Below, one piece after another: positions 13,599-25,099 of a stretch of DNA of 64,000 nt; the stretch's first letter is position 1, and each line of letters opens with the position of its first letter. This stretch comes from Squalus acanthias. Its lineage: Eukaryota. The position numbers were made by a program, and so were the translations under genes. The notes beneath the pieces are model-generated. The model saw only the letters and a list, made by a program, of their open reading frames with translations. It searched no databases and had not been told where the DNA came from. Location of the stretch: assembly GCA_030390025.1 (NCBI GenBank), contig CM059437.1, positions 53,072,001 to 53,136,000 on the forward strand. The letters are read 5' to 3'.

Positions 13599-14362
13599 AG
13601 GGCAGAAATTCATGTCTCTACTGGTGAGTACGAACTGCGTAATCACCCGTAGGCCCAACGAAAGTGCCGGTTTCTTGCATGCACTGCGCATGCGTGGGAA
13701 ACCGGCACTGCCGTTCCCCTGAAGGAAGGGGTTCAGAGGTAGAACGCGCACGCCGAAGGACAGCGTGTTTGCCTCGCACTTCGGGTTTTTTTACAGGTTC
13801 CTCCGTGAGGGTAAGCACGGAGAAGATGCACATCGAAAAAGGAGGCGCAAGGCCTTCTTTTAACAAGGTAAGTGTTGCTTTTATTAAAATGTAAAAAAAT
13901 TTTCACAGATTTATCTTTTTTAATTACTTTAAAGAAAGGTAAGTTTAGTTTTAGCCCTGTTAAAAAGTGTAATTAATTTTTTCAAAAATTTAAATTTTTG
14001 TTTAAAATAGTTCATTAATGTAATTTATAGTTATTTTAAAAATGTGATGCTTTTTTAAAAATTTATTTGTAGTTTTAGGCATGTTTTGGGGCCGATCTGT
14101 ATTCATAGATTTGACAGGTCTTCCTGTCAAATCTATGAATGAAGGATCGTCTGCTGCCATTGGCTCTCCATGGCCCACGTGATCCCAGGGGACGCATCGC
14201 ACTAACTACGACCCTGGGATACGCAAGCATAGCGCGCCGGCAGTTGGAGGAGGCCCAGGACCGGAGTCCCCCGCGGGCCCAGGGGTCAATGGCAGGTGCG
14301 GTAGGTAGGTGCGAGCAGTATCCTTGGACCCGCGGGAAGCCAGGGAGCCGAATTTCTGGCCC
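13599..14362. mobile_element. Harbinger-derived MITE
   Basis: TIRs AGGGCAGAAATTC and GAATTTCTGGCCC, with ATC on both flanks. Inverted paralog of 46062-46823. Confidence 0.85.
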
Positions 14363-15335
14363 ATCATCTTTGCGATCCGCCATGATCAATGCTGACAGGC
14401 GACATGTCCTGCATGTAGGCTCTGACTGCATGGCTGCAAATTTTAGACACGAGCGTCTCGACCGATTTTGACAGTATCGTACACAGATTAGATCGGGGCT
14501 TCCAAGGCATCAGTGATCTCCTCTATTATGCTCTCTCGCAGAGGGGAACGGTAGCATAGTTGTAATGGCACTGGGCTTGTAATCCTGAGGCCTGGACTAA
14601 TGATCCAGAGACGGCAGTTGCGGAATTTAAATTTCGTTAATTAAATAAATCTGAAATAAAAAGCTAGTATCAGTAATGGTAACCATGAAACTATCGGATT
14701 GTCGTAAAAATCCATCTGGTTCACTAACGTCCTTTAGGGAAGGAAATCAGCCGTCCTTACCTGGTCTGGCCTATATGTGACTCCAGACCCACAGCAATGT
14801 GGTTGACTCTTAACTGTCCTCTGAAATGGCCCAGCAGGCCACTCAGTTGTAACTAACGCTACGCAACATAATGGCCAGGATATTCCGCTCGGAGGTTTCC
14901 CGCCGGCGAAAGCCCCCGACCTGCAAAAAACAACCGCACCAACCTTAATGCTCTGGGCCCACGTAAACTTCCGATGTAATCCTGAGGACTCCTGGGCAGC
15001 GTATGACGTCACGCCGCCCAAGAGCGCAGCGTGGCGGAGCCTAGGGCGTCGCGGGTAGGAGAGTCCCGCCCCCAAAAGTTGTATTTGCATAGGCCACGCC
15101 CCCGATTTTTCCCAACTCTTCAGAAGCATTCAAAACCGAAAGTAGCTGGAAACTGCCTGGTAAGTTGTTTCTTTATAGTTTTTTGAAACTTTTGCAAACT
15201 TTTAGAAACTTTTAAAGACTTTTACATGGATTTGAAGAATCTTAAATAGTTTGAAAGTGATTTGAAGCAATTTAAAGAGTTTTAAAAGCCCTGTAAACAC
15301 TTTTTTCATTCATTTTAATTAATCAGCAAAGTGAA

Positions 15336-17044
15336 ATGGAAGGAATGAGCACAATTCACATCAGTAAGAGAGCTCAGAATTTCAGTGACGATGACATCAG
15401 CACACTCCTCAATGAGATTGAGGCTAAGCTCCCGCGGATCCTTGGGAATGAGAAGTCCAGGGCGTCACGCAAAGGACAGATGACAGCTTGGTCAGAAGTT
15501 GCCCAGGCTGTCAGCACGAACTCCACCATTCCACAGACAGCGGAACAACGTCGCAAAAAATTTAATGATTTCATGTGATCTGCCAAGGTTTGTACAGTTA
15601 TTAGAAAAGTCAACTGTAATATTTCTTTAAATTTAACAGAACTAGTTTTCAAAAGCTCTTAGATGCACGTGTGTTGTCAAGTGACTTCATTGTCCAAGCA
15701 TGTGAGCTTGCCATATAAGTTTATGGCTTTGGGGCGAGCTCAATGTCATCCATTGTGCTCTTATCTTGATTCCACAGGTTTCAGTTGTAAAATTGCAATT
15801 AGTGAGTTAAAAAGAAACCCTGCCTCCAAAGCAGGTTGTGTCCCTGTCTCAAAGGCACGTGGGTGGTCTCTGCAGAAAAAACAGCAGTTTCATGCTGTTC
15901 CATATTTTCTGTTTTCATTTAAGTGTAAAATTGTTAACAACGCCAGAGAACGTGCACTGACAGGCAATGGTGTTGTCACGCTGAGGGATTTATCCGAGCA
16001 TGAGGAAAGGGTCGAGCAGCTGCTTGGAATTAGTAGTGGCCGTACAGTGCCTGCTGCCAATCAGACATTGAGATAGGAAAGGTGAGTTGGTCTGGCCGTT
16101 ATATGTTTAAAAATGTTAGGTGTGTGTTGAATATCAGCTTCTGTGATGTGGCAGGTCATGCTTTACCTTTGCAAATGTTTACTGTTTCCTTTCCACAGGG
16201 GGACAGCATACTTCTCACACACGGGATGAACAGTGTGTTGAGTCTGCGGCCACAGAGGGCATTGGGGAAGGGGTTACAGATGCAGTGGGAGCAGTAAGTG
16301 AAGTGGTGGAGGAGGAGGAGGAATTTGCACTTTGTCAGCTAGTGGAAGAGGAGGGTATGGACCCTGGGTGGCTGCACAGTACATCTCCATCTCCTGGCCC
16401 CCTCTGGCTCTGTGCGAGGCACAGATGACTGTCGTTCCACAGCCAGACACCAACCTGATACTGCAGAGCAGGTGGGAGAAGCAGAAAGACGTTCAATGCT
16501 ACGGAATGACATAAAAGCTCAGGTACAACAGATTGAAGGGTTGAGGCAAGAGATGTGTACTCTTCATGAGAAGAAAGTTGACTCTCTTGCCTCCATCAGG
16601 CAGGGAATTGATGTTCTTGGTAAAGATGTTACTATGTCGCTTAATCAGATACTATTGCAGTTGCAAAAACCAGATCATGTTACTATGGCGCTTAATCAGA
16701 TACTATTGCAGTTGCAAAAAGCAGATCGTGTTACTATGGTGCTGAATCAGATAAATGAGTCTTCCATTCGACTCTTGCAGTTGCTTGAAACAGTTTCTGC
16801 TGCCATTAATTTGACTCCTGCAGAACCGCCCTTACCTGCTCCCAGCGCACAAACAGTGCAGGCCCACGAGACAGCAGCTCCACCAATCCTGATGCAAGCA
16901 AACATTGCCTTTCAGCAGCAGCGGCAGCAGCAGCAGCAACCCTGTCAGGAGGCAATTGCGGAAGGGCAAGAGATGGCAGACAGGGGCATTTCAATTGGCA
17001 GCAGAGGGCTCCGGTCACGGGGAAGGGGAAAGCACAGGAGATAG
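15336..17044 (+). pseudogene. Harbinger Myb/SANT-like (NAIF1/MSANTD-type) DNA-binding protein, 3 exons (15336-15587, 15924-16081, 16199-17044)
   Basis: KRAQNFSDDD...AWSEVAQAV...RRKKFNDF trihelix motif. Exon 2 has RERALTGNG. Introns are GT-AG. There is an in-frame TGA at 15576 and further lesions. The C-terminus has a coiled-coil repeat and a basic tail. Confidence 0.85.
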
Positions 17045-17579
17045 CAGGGTGTCACCTTTTGCAAAATCCACCTCCTTTGACCCTCAGGCACAAATGCGAG
17101 GGGGCAAATCATTAAATTTTTTAATACTTCGTTTTATTTAAATGTTAAATGTTGTCGTTGCTTTTTTTATTGAAATATATATTTGTGACTGAAAGTGTAT
17201 GTAACCTTTTCGTTTAAAAAGTGCAGCCACTAGTCACTTTGAAAAAAAATTCAACTTTTTTATTTGCAAAAATATTTAAAATTACAACTGTTTGAAAATT
17301 AGAAAATAGCTAGTTTCCATCTTGAATGTCTTTATTGCACTAAGAAACCAAAAAAGTCACTTTAAACTGTTTACAAATTTTTTTCAAAAAAATTATGTTT
17401 GCGAATGTTTGAAAAGTAGAAAATAGCTAGTTAACATTTAAAAGTTAAAAACTAAAAACATCAAAACTGAACCTCAAAAGTCTTTGATGCTGCAATAAAA
17501 GTTCACTGTCTCACTTTAAATTGTGTCTGTTCATTTCTTTGCCTTGCTGGGGGAGGGGGGGGACAAGGCAACACTATCA

Positions 17580-20324
17580 ATATTCAGGAAAGATAGGCAA
17601 AAAGGAAAGGGAGGTGGGGTAGCTTTGCTGGTTTAAGAGGGGATTAACACGATTGTCAGGAAGGATATTAGCTCTGATGATGTGGAATCTGTATGGGTAG
17701 AACTGAGAAATACCAAGGGCCAGAAAACTTTATGGGAGTGGTATATAGACCTCCAAACAGCAATGCAGAGGTTGGGGTTGACATTAAAAGGGAAATTAGA
17801 GAAGCGTGCAATAAGGGCACAGCAGTCATCATGGGTGACTTTAATCTACATATAGATTGGGCTAACCAAATTAGTAACAATACTGTGGAGGAGGAATTCC
17901 TGGAGTGTTTACGGGATGGTTTCCTGGACCAATATGTCGAGGAACCAACCAGAGATCAGGTCATCTTAGACTGGGTATTATGTAATGAGAAAGGATTAAT
18001 TAGCAATCTTGTTGTACGAGGCCCCTTCGGTCGGAGCGATCATAATATGATAGAATTCTTCATTAAGATGGAGAATGAAGTAGTTGACTCAGAGACTAGG
18101 GTCCTGAATTTAAATAAAGGAAACTCCGATGGTATGAGGCGTGAGTTGAGTAGGATTGATTGGGGAATGTCACTCAAAGGGTTGATGGTGGATAGGCAAT
18201 GGCAAACATTCAAAGACCGCATGGATGAACTACAGAATTTGTTCATCCCAGTTTGGCATAAGAATAAAACAAAAAAGGTGACTCAACCGTGGCTAACAAG
18301 GGAAATTAGGGATAGCATAAGATTCAAGGAGAGGACATATAAATTGGCCAGAAAAAACCATAAACCTGAGGATTGGGAGCAGTTTAGGATTCAACAAAGG
18401 AGGACAAAGGGATTAATTAAGAAGGGGAAAATAGAATATGAGAGGAAGCTTGCAGGGAACATAAAAACTGACTGTAAAAGCTTTTATAGGTATGTGAAGA
18501 GAAAACGATTGGTGAAGTCAAGCTTAGGTCCCTTGCAGTCAGAATCAGGGGAACTTATAATGGGAAACAAAGAAATGGCTGACCAATTAAATACATCTTT
18601 TGGTTCTGTCTTCACAAAGGAGGACACAAATAACCTCCCAGAGATGTTGGGGAACATAGGGTCTGATGAAAGGGAGGAACTGAAAGAAATCAGTATTTGT
18701 AGGGAAATGGTGTTAGCGAAATTGACGGGATTGAATGCCGATAAATCCCCAGGGCCTGATAATCTACATTCTAGGGTACTTAAGGAAGTGGCCCTAGAAA
18801 TAGTAGATGCATTGCTGATCATCGTCCAACATTCGATGGAATCTGGAACAATACCGACGGATTGGAGGGTTGCTAATGTTACCCCTCGATTCAAAAACGG
18901 TGGTAGAGAGAAAATGGGGAATTACAGACCGGTAAGCCTGACATCGGTAGTGAGGAAAATGCTAGAGTCCATTATAAAAGATGTAATAGCAGAGCACTTG
19001 GAAAACACTGACAGGATCGGACAAAGTCAACATGGATTTACAAAAGGTAAATCGTGCTTAACTAATCTGCTGGAATTTATTGAGGATGTAACTGGTAAAA
19101 TAGATAAGGGAGATCAGTGGATGTGGTGTATTTGGACTTTCAAAAGGCTTTTGATAAGGTCCCGCATATGAGAATAGCGTGTAAAGTTAAGGCACATGGG
19201 ATTGGGGGCAAGGTATTGACTTGGATAGAGAACTGGTTGGCAGACAGAAAGCAAAGAGTTGGAATAAACAGGTCTTTTTCCGAGTGCAGGCAGTAACTAG
19301 TGAGGTACCGCAGGGATCAGTCCTTGGACCCCAGCTATTCACAATATATATTAATGATCTAGACAAGGGAACTAGATGTAATATCTCCAAGTTTGCAGAC
19401 GACACAAAGTTGGGTGGGCGTGTGTGCTGTGAGGAGGATGCCGAGAAACTCCAGGATGATTTGGACAGGTTGGGTGATTGGGCAGAAGCATGGCAGATGC
19501 AATATAATGTGGATAAATGCGAGGTTATCCACTTGGTGTCAAAAACAGAAAGGCAGATTATTATCTGAATGGCAATAGATTGGGAGAAGGGGAAGTGCAA
19601 CGAGACCTGGGTGTCCTTGTGCACCAGTCGCTGAAGGTAAGCATGCAGGTGCAGCAGGCGGTTAAGAAGGTAAATGGTATGTTGGCCTTCGTAGCGAGAG
19701 GTTTTGAGTACAGGAACAAGGGTGTCTTGCTGCAGTTGTACAGGACCTTGGTGAGACCACATCTTGAGTATTGTGTGCAGTTCTGGTCGCCAAATCTGAG
19801 GAAGGAGGTTCTTGCCATGGAAGGAGTTCAGCGAAGATTCACCAGGCTGATACCTGGGATGGCAGGAATGACGTATGAGGAGAGCTTGGGTCCATTGGGC
19901 TTATAGTCGCTGGAGTTTAGAAGAATGAGAGGGGATCTCATTGAAACTTATAAAATGCTGACAGGACTGGACAGACTAGATGCAGGAAGGATGTTCCCGA
20001 TGGTCGGGGAGTCCAGAACCAGGGGTCAAAGTCTAAGGATAAGGGGTAAACATTTAGGACAGAAATGAGGAGGAATTTCTTCACCCAGAGACTGGTCAAC
20101 CTGTGGAATTCTATACCACAGAAGGCAGTCGAGGCCAATTCATTAAATATATTCAAGAAGGAGTTGGATATATTTCTTAAGGCTAAAGGGATCAAGAGAT
20201 ATGGGGAGAAATCAGGGACAGGGTTCTGAATTTGGATGATCAGCCATGATCGCATTGAATGGTGGAGCAGGCTAGAGGGGCCGAATGACCTACTCCTGTT
20301 CCTATCTTCTATGTTTCTATGTTT
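17580..20324 (+). mobile_element. Young CR1 LINE (APE and RT, several frameshifts) nested in the Harbinger
   Basis: ORF 17693-19171 (492 aa, MGDFN, SDHN, NYRPVSLTS). FADD in 19221-19568. Tail (CTATGTTT)n. CTATCA repeated at 17574-17579 and 20325-20330. Confidence 0.95.
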
Positions 20325-20330
20325 CTATCA

Positions 20331-21479
20331 TCACCTCGTGAAGGTGTTAGCTACTAGCTGTTCCTGAGCAGCCTTACTTCTGGCAGCACTTCGCTCCTCC
20401 CCATCAGGCCTGGCCACAGGCACATTGGCATCGTCCATGACCTCCATTTCAGCAGGGAGCTCCTCTGCAGGGTTAAGGGTCAGTCCTTCCCGCAGGGCAA
20501 AGTTATGCAAAGCACAACAGGCCACCACAATCCTTGCCACTTTCAGAGGAGAATACTGCAAAGTCCCCCCTGACCTGCCCAGGCACCGGAAGCGTGATTT
20601 CAGAACCCCAATTGTCCTCTCCACCACTTGCCATGTGGACACGTGTGCCTGGTTGTATCTCTCCTGAGCCTCATTATTGGTCTTGCGGTAATGAGTCATC
20701 AGCCATGGTCTTAGCGGGTAGCCCTTGTCGCACAATATCCATGCAGATGCTGGAGGCATTGTGCTGAGGGTGCCATATAAGTCCGAGTTATGGAGGACGA
20801 AGGAGTCATGAGCACTTCCCCGGTGATCTGCATTCACGTTTAGGATCCTGACGTGCGAATCACAGACTATCATGACATTCAATGAATGAAACCCTTTCCT
20901 GTTGATGTATGTCACAGGTGCATCCAGTGGTGCCTTCAATGCAGCATAGGTTCCATCGACGGCCCCAATCACTTTGGGGAATCCAGAAATGCTATAAAAT
21001 GCAAGGGCCATCTTTTTTTGATGACGAGTGGCAAATCAAAGTCTATGAACTCTGAAGCCCTACGGAAAATGGCATCTGTGACCTGGTGAATGCAGGCCAA
21101 CGAAAGAGCTCTGGTAGATTTTGGAAAGTTCACCGGTGCTTCCCTGAAATGACCCACTTGCAAAGAAGTTCAATGCTGTGGTTACCTTCATGTTCACTGA
21201 CAAGGCAGTGCGGGTCTTCGAATGTGTTTGAAGGTCCTCTTTTAACATGTCACATAGTCGGCTGATTGCCTCTTTACTGAAGCGCAGTTTCCTCACACAC
21301 AACTCCTCCGACAGCATCTCAAATGACAGCCTCTCCCTGTACACTCTCTGGGGTGGGTAGCAGTTCCTCCTGATCAGGAGACGGTGATGGTTCCTCAGTC
21401 TTCTTTGTTGTTCCCTGGCGTTTCCAATTCTCTGATACCCAATCGCACCGAGAATCAGGGCAACAACGTCAAAGGGCAT
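20331..21479 (-). pseudogene. Harbinger (HARBI1-like) DDE transposase with two frameshifts
   Basis: ALNFFASGSFQ, GFPKVIGAVDGT, NRKGFHSLNV, GSAHDS, CDKGYP and VERTIGVLKSRFRCL are spread over ORFs 21060-21479, 20969-21163 and 20331-21011. Confidence 0.95.
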
Positions 21480-23287
21480 GTTTCTCCCTCACAGGCATCA
21501 TCTTTAAACAGATGAAGTACTTGTAAGGAAAAAATGGAAAGAGTTGTAAAAGTAATTTTAATAAAGTGATTGGCTAGAAAATCACGTCGGGCTATGGTGG
21601 GAAACGTGTGGTATCGGATTGGGAACACGTCATACCCGCCTGATGAATATCAGAGCCCGAGATGATTTTCTAAGAGCTTTAACATTTTCACAAAGTCATA
21701 CATACAATTTTTAAAGGGCATGGAAAAGTTAACATATAACTAATTGATATTTTCTGGCATAATTTTTAAAAACTTTAGTAAATGTTAAATAATTCATTTT
21801 TAACCAGACATTTTCACATTTAAGAAAATGAAATCTAATTCAATAGACCTTGCACACAGCAAGAGTTGCTCTTTATAACTACACTACTCAAAACAAGATT
21901 CAAAACCGTTTTTAACAAATTAAAGTTGAGAAAAACTTACCTCAGGCTTTCTACAAAGAACTTTGCTCACTTTCACAATTAAAAATGTTCCATTTCCAAG
22001 CCCACTGCTGAAAGAGTTCTTCTTCCTGGAGCTGCTTCCGGTAGAATGCAGGCTGTATGCCTGCTTTTACTAGGCGCAGCTGTTTCGGACGTACCTGCAC
22101 TGAAGCATTTGAGAAAAAATCGGAACTTTTATCCGGTAGCGCTGCCTATACTGCGCATGCGTTTCATCACTCAATCCCTTTCTTGACAGATCGGAAATGC
22201 CGGTTTCCAGCGCATGCGCTGTGCATGCCTGAAACCGGCATTTCCGATGTCCCTACGCGTGAGTACACAGCGCGTACCCACCCGTAGGGATCGGAACATC
22301 CGGGCCAATAAGAATGAAACCGGACGGTCCACCCGGCATTGACCTCGGCACCGGCTATGAACACTGCAATGGCACACCCAGCGCAGTCAACCCTGCAAAG
22401 TAACAGCACTGTGGGAGTACCTTCACCACACGGATTGCAGCGGTTCAAGTAGGCGGCTCACCACCACCTTCTCAAGGGCAAATAGTGATGGGCAATAAAT
22501 GCTGGCCTTGCCAGCGACGCCCAGATCCCATAATCGAATTTTTTGAAAAGGGAGGAAGCAGAAGAAGAAGGAAGGATGCAACCGAGACAGCCCCTTTCTG
22601 GCCAGGATATCTGAGATCGATTTAACCGCCTGCGGTACAAATGACCACAACCCCAATTCCCCTTTCAACATTAGCGACACACCTTACCTTCCCTCTGGTA
22701 CAGACCATCACAGCGTCCTCTTGGTCACAATGCTGCAATAAAAGCCACCACAAAGCAATCTTTTCAATTCAACTTTATACATCTATCCATCCAATATGAC
22801 AGCAAGAAATCAACTCATCACCTATATGCATTCTCTTTTTGACTGTCTATTTGACTGTCTTTGCCTTTCCTACTGATGTCACGCAGTGCCACCCAGTGGC
22901 TGCAGCATGACTGGTGGAAGGCTGCTGAATTTCAATGGGGGGACACTGCAAATGTCCTTGCTGGTCGACCTTGAGGAGCTGGTGGCTGGGTGTGTCACTT
23001 TGAGTAATGCAGTTTCTTCTTCCTCTTCTTCTTGTTCTTCTTCACAATCCTTTCCCTCTTCTTGGCCAACCACTGGCTGTCAGGCTAGATTTCTTGGGGG
23101 TGTGAAATGAGGAAGGCATAAGAGTGGAGTTGTGGTGAGGGGAGGGCGGGAAAGCAAGGGGTGCATGCCAGAAGTAGGTAACATACTTGTGGCATACCAT
23201 CATCTTGTATCCTTTCCGCAGTTGCTTGACCTGCTCACACACGCAACAGCTCCCCTGCAGACGGCACTGTGCTGGACCAGACGTCCG

Positions 23288-24162
23288 ATGCAGGAAGATA
23301 TCAATATATTGATCAGGGGGGCAGAACAGTGGAAAATGGAATTCAATCCGGAGAAGTGTGAGGTAATGCATTTGGGGAGGGCTAACAAGGAAAGGGAATA
23401 CACATTAAATTGTAGGATACTGAGTAGTGTAGAGGAACAAAGAGACGTTGGATTGCATGTCCACAGATCTCTGAAAGTAGCAGGCCAGTTAGATAAGGTG
23501 GTTAAGAAGGCATACGGAATGCTTGCATTTATTAGCCATGGCATAGAATACAAGAGCAGGGATGGGGTATGCTTCAACTGTATAAAACACTAGTTAGGCC
23601 TCAGCTAGAGTACTGCGTGCAGTTCTGGTCACCACATTGCAGGAAATATGTGATTGCACGAGAGAGGGTATAGAGCAGATTCACAAGGATGTTGCCAGGA
23701 TTAGAAAATCTTAGCTATGAGGAAAGACTGGATTGGCTGGGTCTGTTTTCCTTGGAACAGAGGAGGCTGAGGGGAGACGTTATTGAGGTGTATAAAATTA
23801 TGAGAGGCATAGATAAAGTGGATAGAAAGGAGCTATTTCTCTTAGCAGAGGGGTCAAAAACCAGGGGGCACAGATTTAAAGTAATTGGTGGGAGGTTTAG
23901 GGGGATTTGAGAGGAAATTTCTTCACCCAGAGGGTTGTGGGGGTCTGGAACTCACTGCCTGAAAGGATGGTACAGGCAGGAACCCTAACCACATTTAAAA
24001 AATACTTGGATGTGCACTTGGGATGCTCTAGCCTGCAGGGCTACGGACCAAGAGCTGGGAAGTGGTATTATGCTGGATAGCTCTTTGTTGGCCTGCGCGG
24101 ACACGATGGGCCGAAATGGCCTCCTTCCGTGCTGTAGCTTTCTACGATTTTATGATTCTATG
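23288..24162 (+). mobile_element. 5'-truncated CR1 (RT C-terminus) inserted in the first unit of an approximately 210-bp tandem duplication
   Basis: ORFs 23132-23593 and 23689-23910. The flanking 23133-23290 recurs at 24211-24368. Confidence 0.85.
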
Positions 24163-25099
24163 AACAATTTGCCACTCGAAAGCCCGCAAAGGGTCTGTGG
24201 ACGTCTGTTCTGGTGAGGGGAGGGCGGGAAAGCAAGGGGTGCATGCCAGAAGTAGAATAACATACTCTGGCATGCCAGCATCTTGTATCCTTTCCGCTGT
24301 TGCATGACCTGCTCACACACGCAATAGGTTCCCTGCAGAAGGCACTGTGCTGGGCCAGACGCCCGATGACAACAATTTGCCACTCAAAAACCCGCAAAAA
24401 ATCTGTGGGCTTCTGAAAGAATGATGAAAGGCGAGTGTTGTTAGTTCGTCGTTAATTTCAAAATCTGGGCCATTAATCATTCATTACATTAAAGAACCTT
24501 GAGGCTGCTTTTGGGCCAGCATGTCAATCAATCTCAATGTCTCCAGCCAAGCGGCCATCTGACGGCTTCCACAACAGGCAGAAACAGCCAACTAACGGTT
24601 TTCCCATGCAATCAAACCATAAACATAAGATAACCGATGGAGATAATGTACATTCCCACTTGAGTTTACCAAGGAGAGTTCAAGAACTGCTGATAATAAC
24701 AACTTTGAATCAAAAGACCTATTCTACAGAAAAGCCTAAATTAAGTTATTTTCTTATACCACTTCCTTCGCTCCACCACTGGCGTCCGTGCCTTCAGCCA
24801 TACAGGCCCTATGTTCTGTAATTCCATCGCCCACCACCCCCCAAAACCTCTTTGCTTCTACAGCTCACTCTCCTCCTTGAAGACCCTGCTTAAAACTTAC
24901 CTCTTTGATCAAGTGTTTGGTCACCGGTCCTAAAGCATCCTTCTCTGGTTTGGTGTTAATGTTTGACTGATTGCCCTCTCGTGGCGTTTTTTTTGTGGAC
25001 ATTTTACGACATTAAAGGATCTAAATAAATGCAAATTGTTCTTGTTATCTTGTGTTATGTTGTGTTATATCTTGTTTCTATCCTTTTGTGCCATTGACT

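Larger units (their letters stand above)
12660..14545 (+). pseudogene. Remnant of an ancient Harbinger accessory (Myb-like) gene, split by a Penelope fragment and a MITE
   Basis: The reading ...DSDAEPFRPALKR / MLEARQPLSEVLEGLP...RDLS / ...RGFQGISDLL continues across both insertions. Family assignment is inferred from similarity to shark Harbinger repeats. Confidence 0.45.
14873..22306. mobile_element. Full-length PIF/Harbinger DNA transposon with two convergent genes, inactivated
   Basis: TIRs GGCCAGGATATTCCG and CGGAACATCCGGGCC. AAT TSD at 14870-14872 and 22307-22309. The empty site CATAATAAG is present in the paralogous repeat at about 4081-4089. Confidence 0.93.
14545..22545 (+). mobile_element. 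Internally deleted, SINE-like derivative of the tRNA-headed LINE (14545-14872 plus 22307-22545), split by the Harbinger
   Basis: Head and 5'UTR join the LINE 3' tail at CCCTGCAAAGT|AACAGCACTGTGG (about 22401). Confidence 0.75.

Noticed and set aside
14449-14520. Weak resemblance to U6 snRNA (ACAGATTAG)
   Set aside because: No ACAGAGA box or U6 stem. It is better explained as a coding remnant (RGFQGISDLL).
14873-22306. ProtoRAG/Transib-like transposon near Ig genes because of its convergent two-gene layout
   Set aside because: The proteins are HARBI1-like and Myb-like, the TIRs start GGCC rather than CAC, and the TSD is 3 bp.
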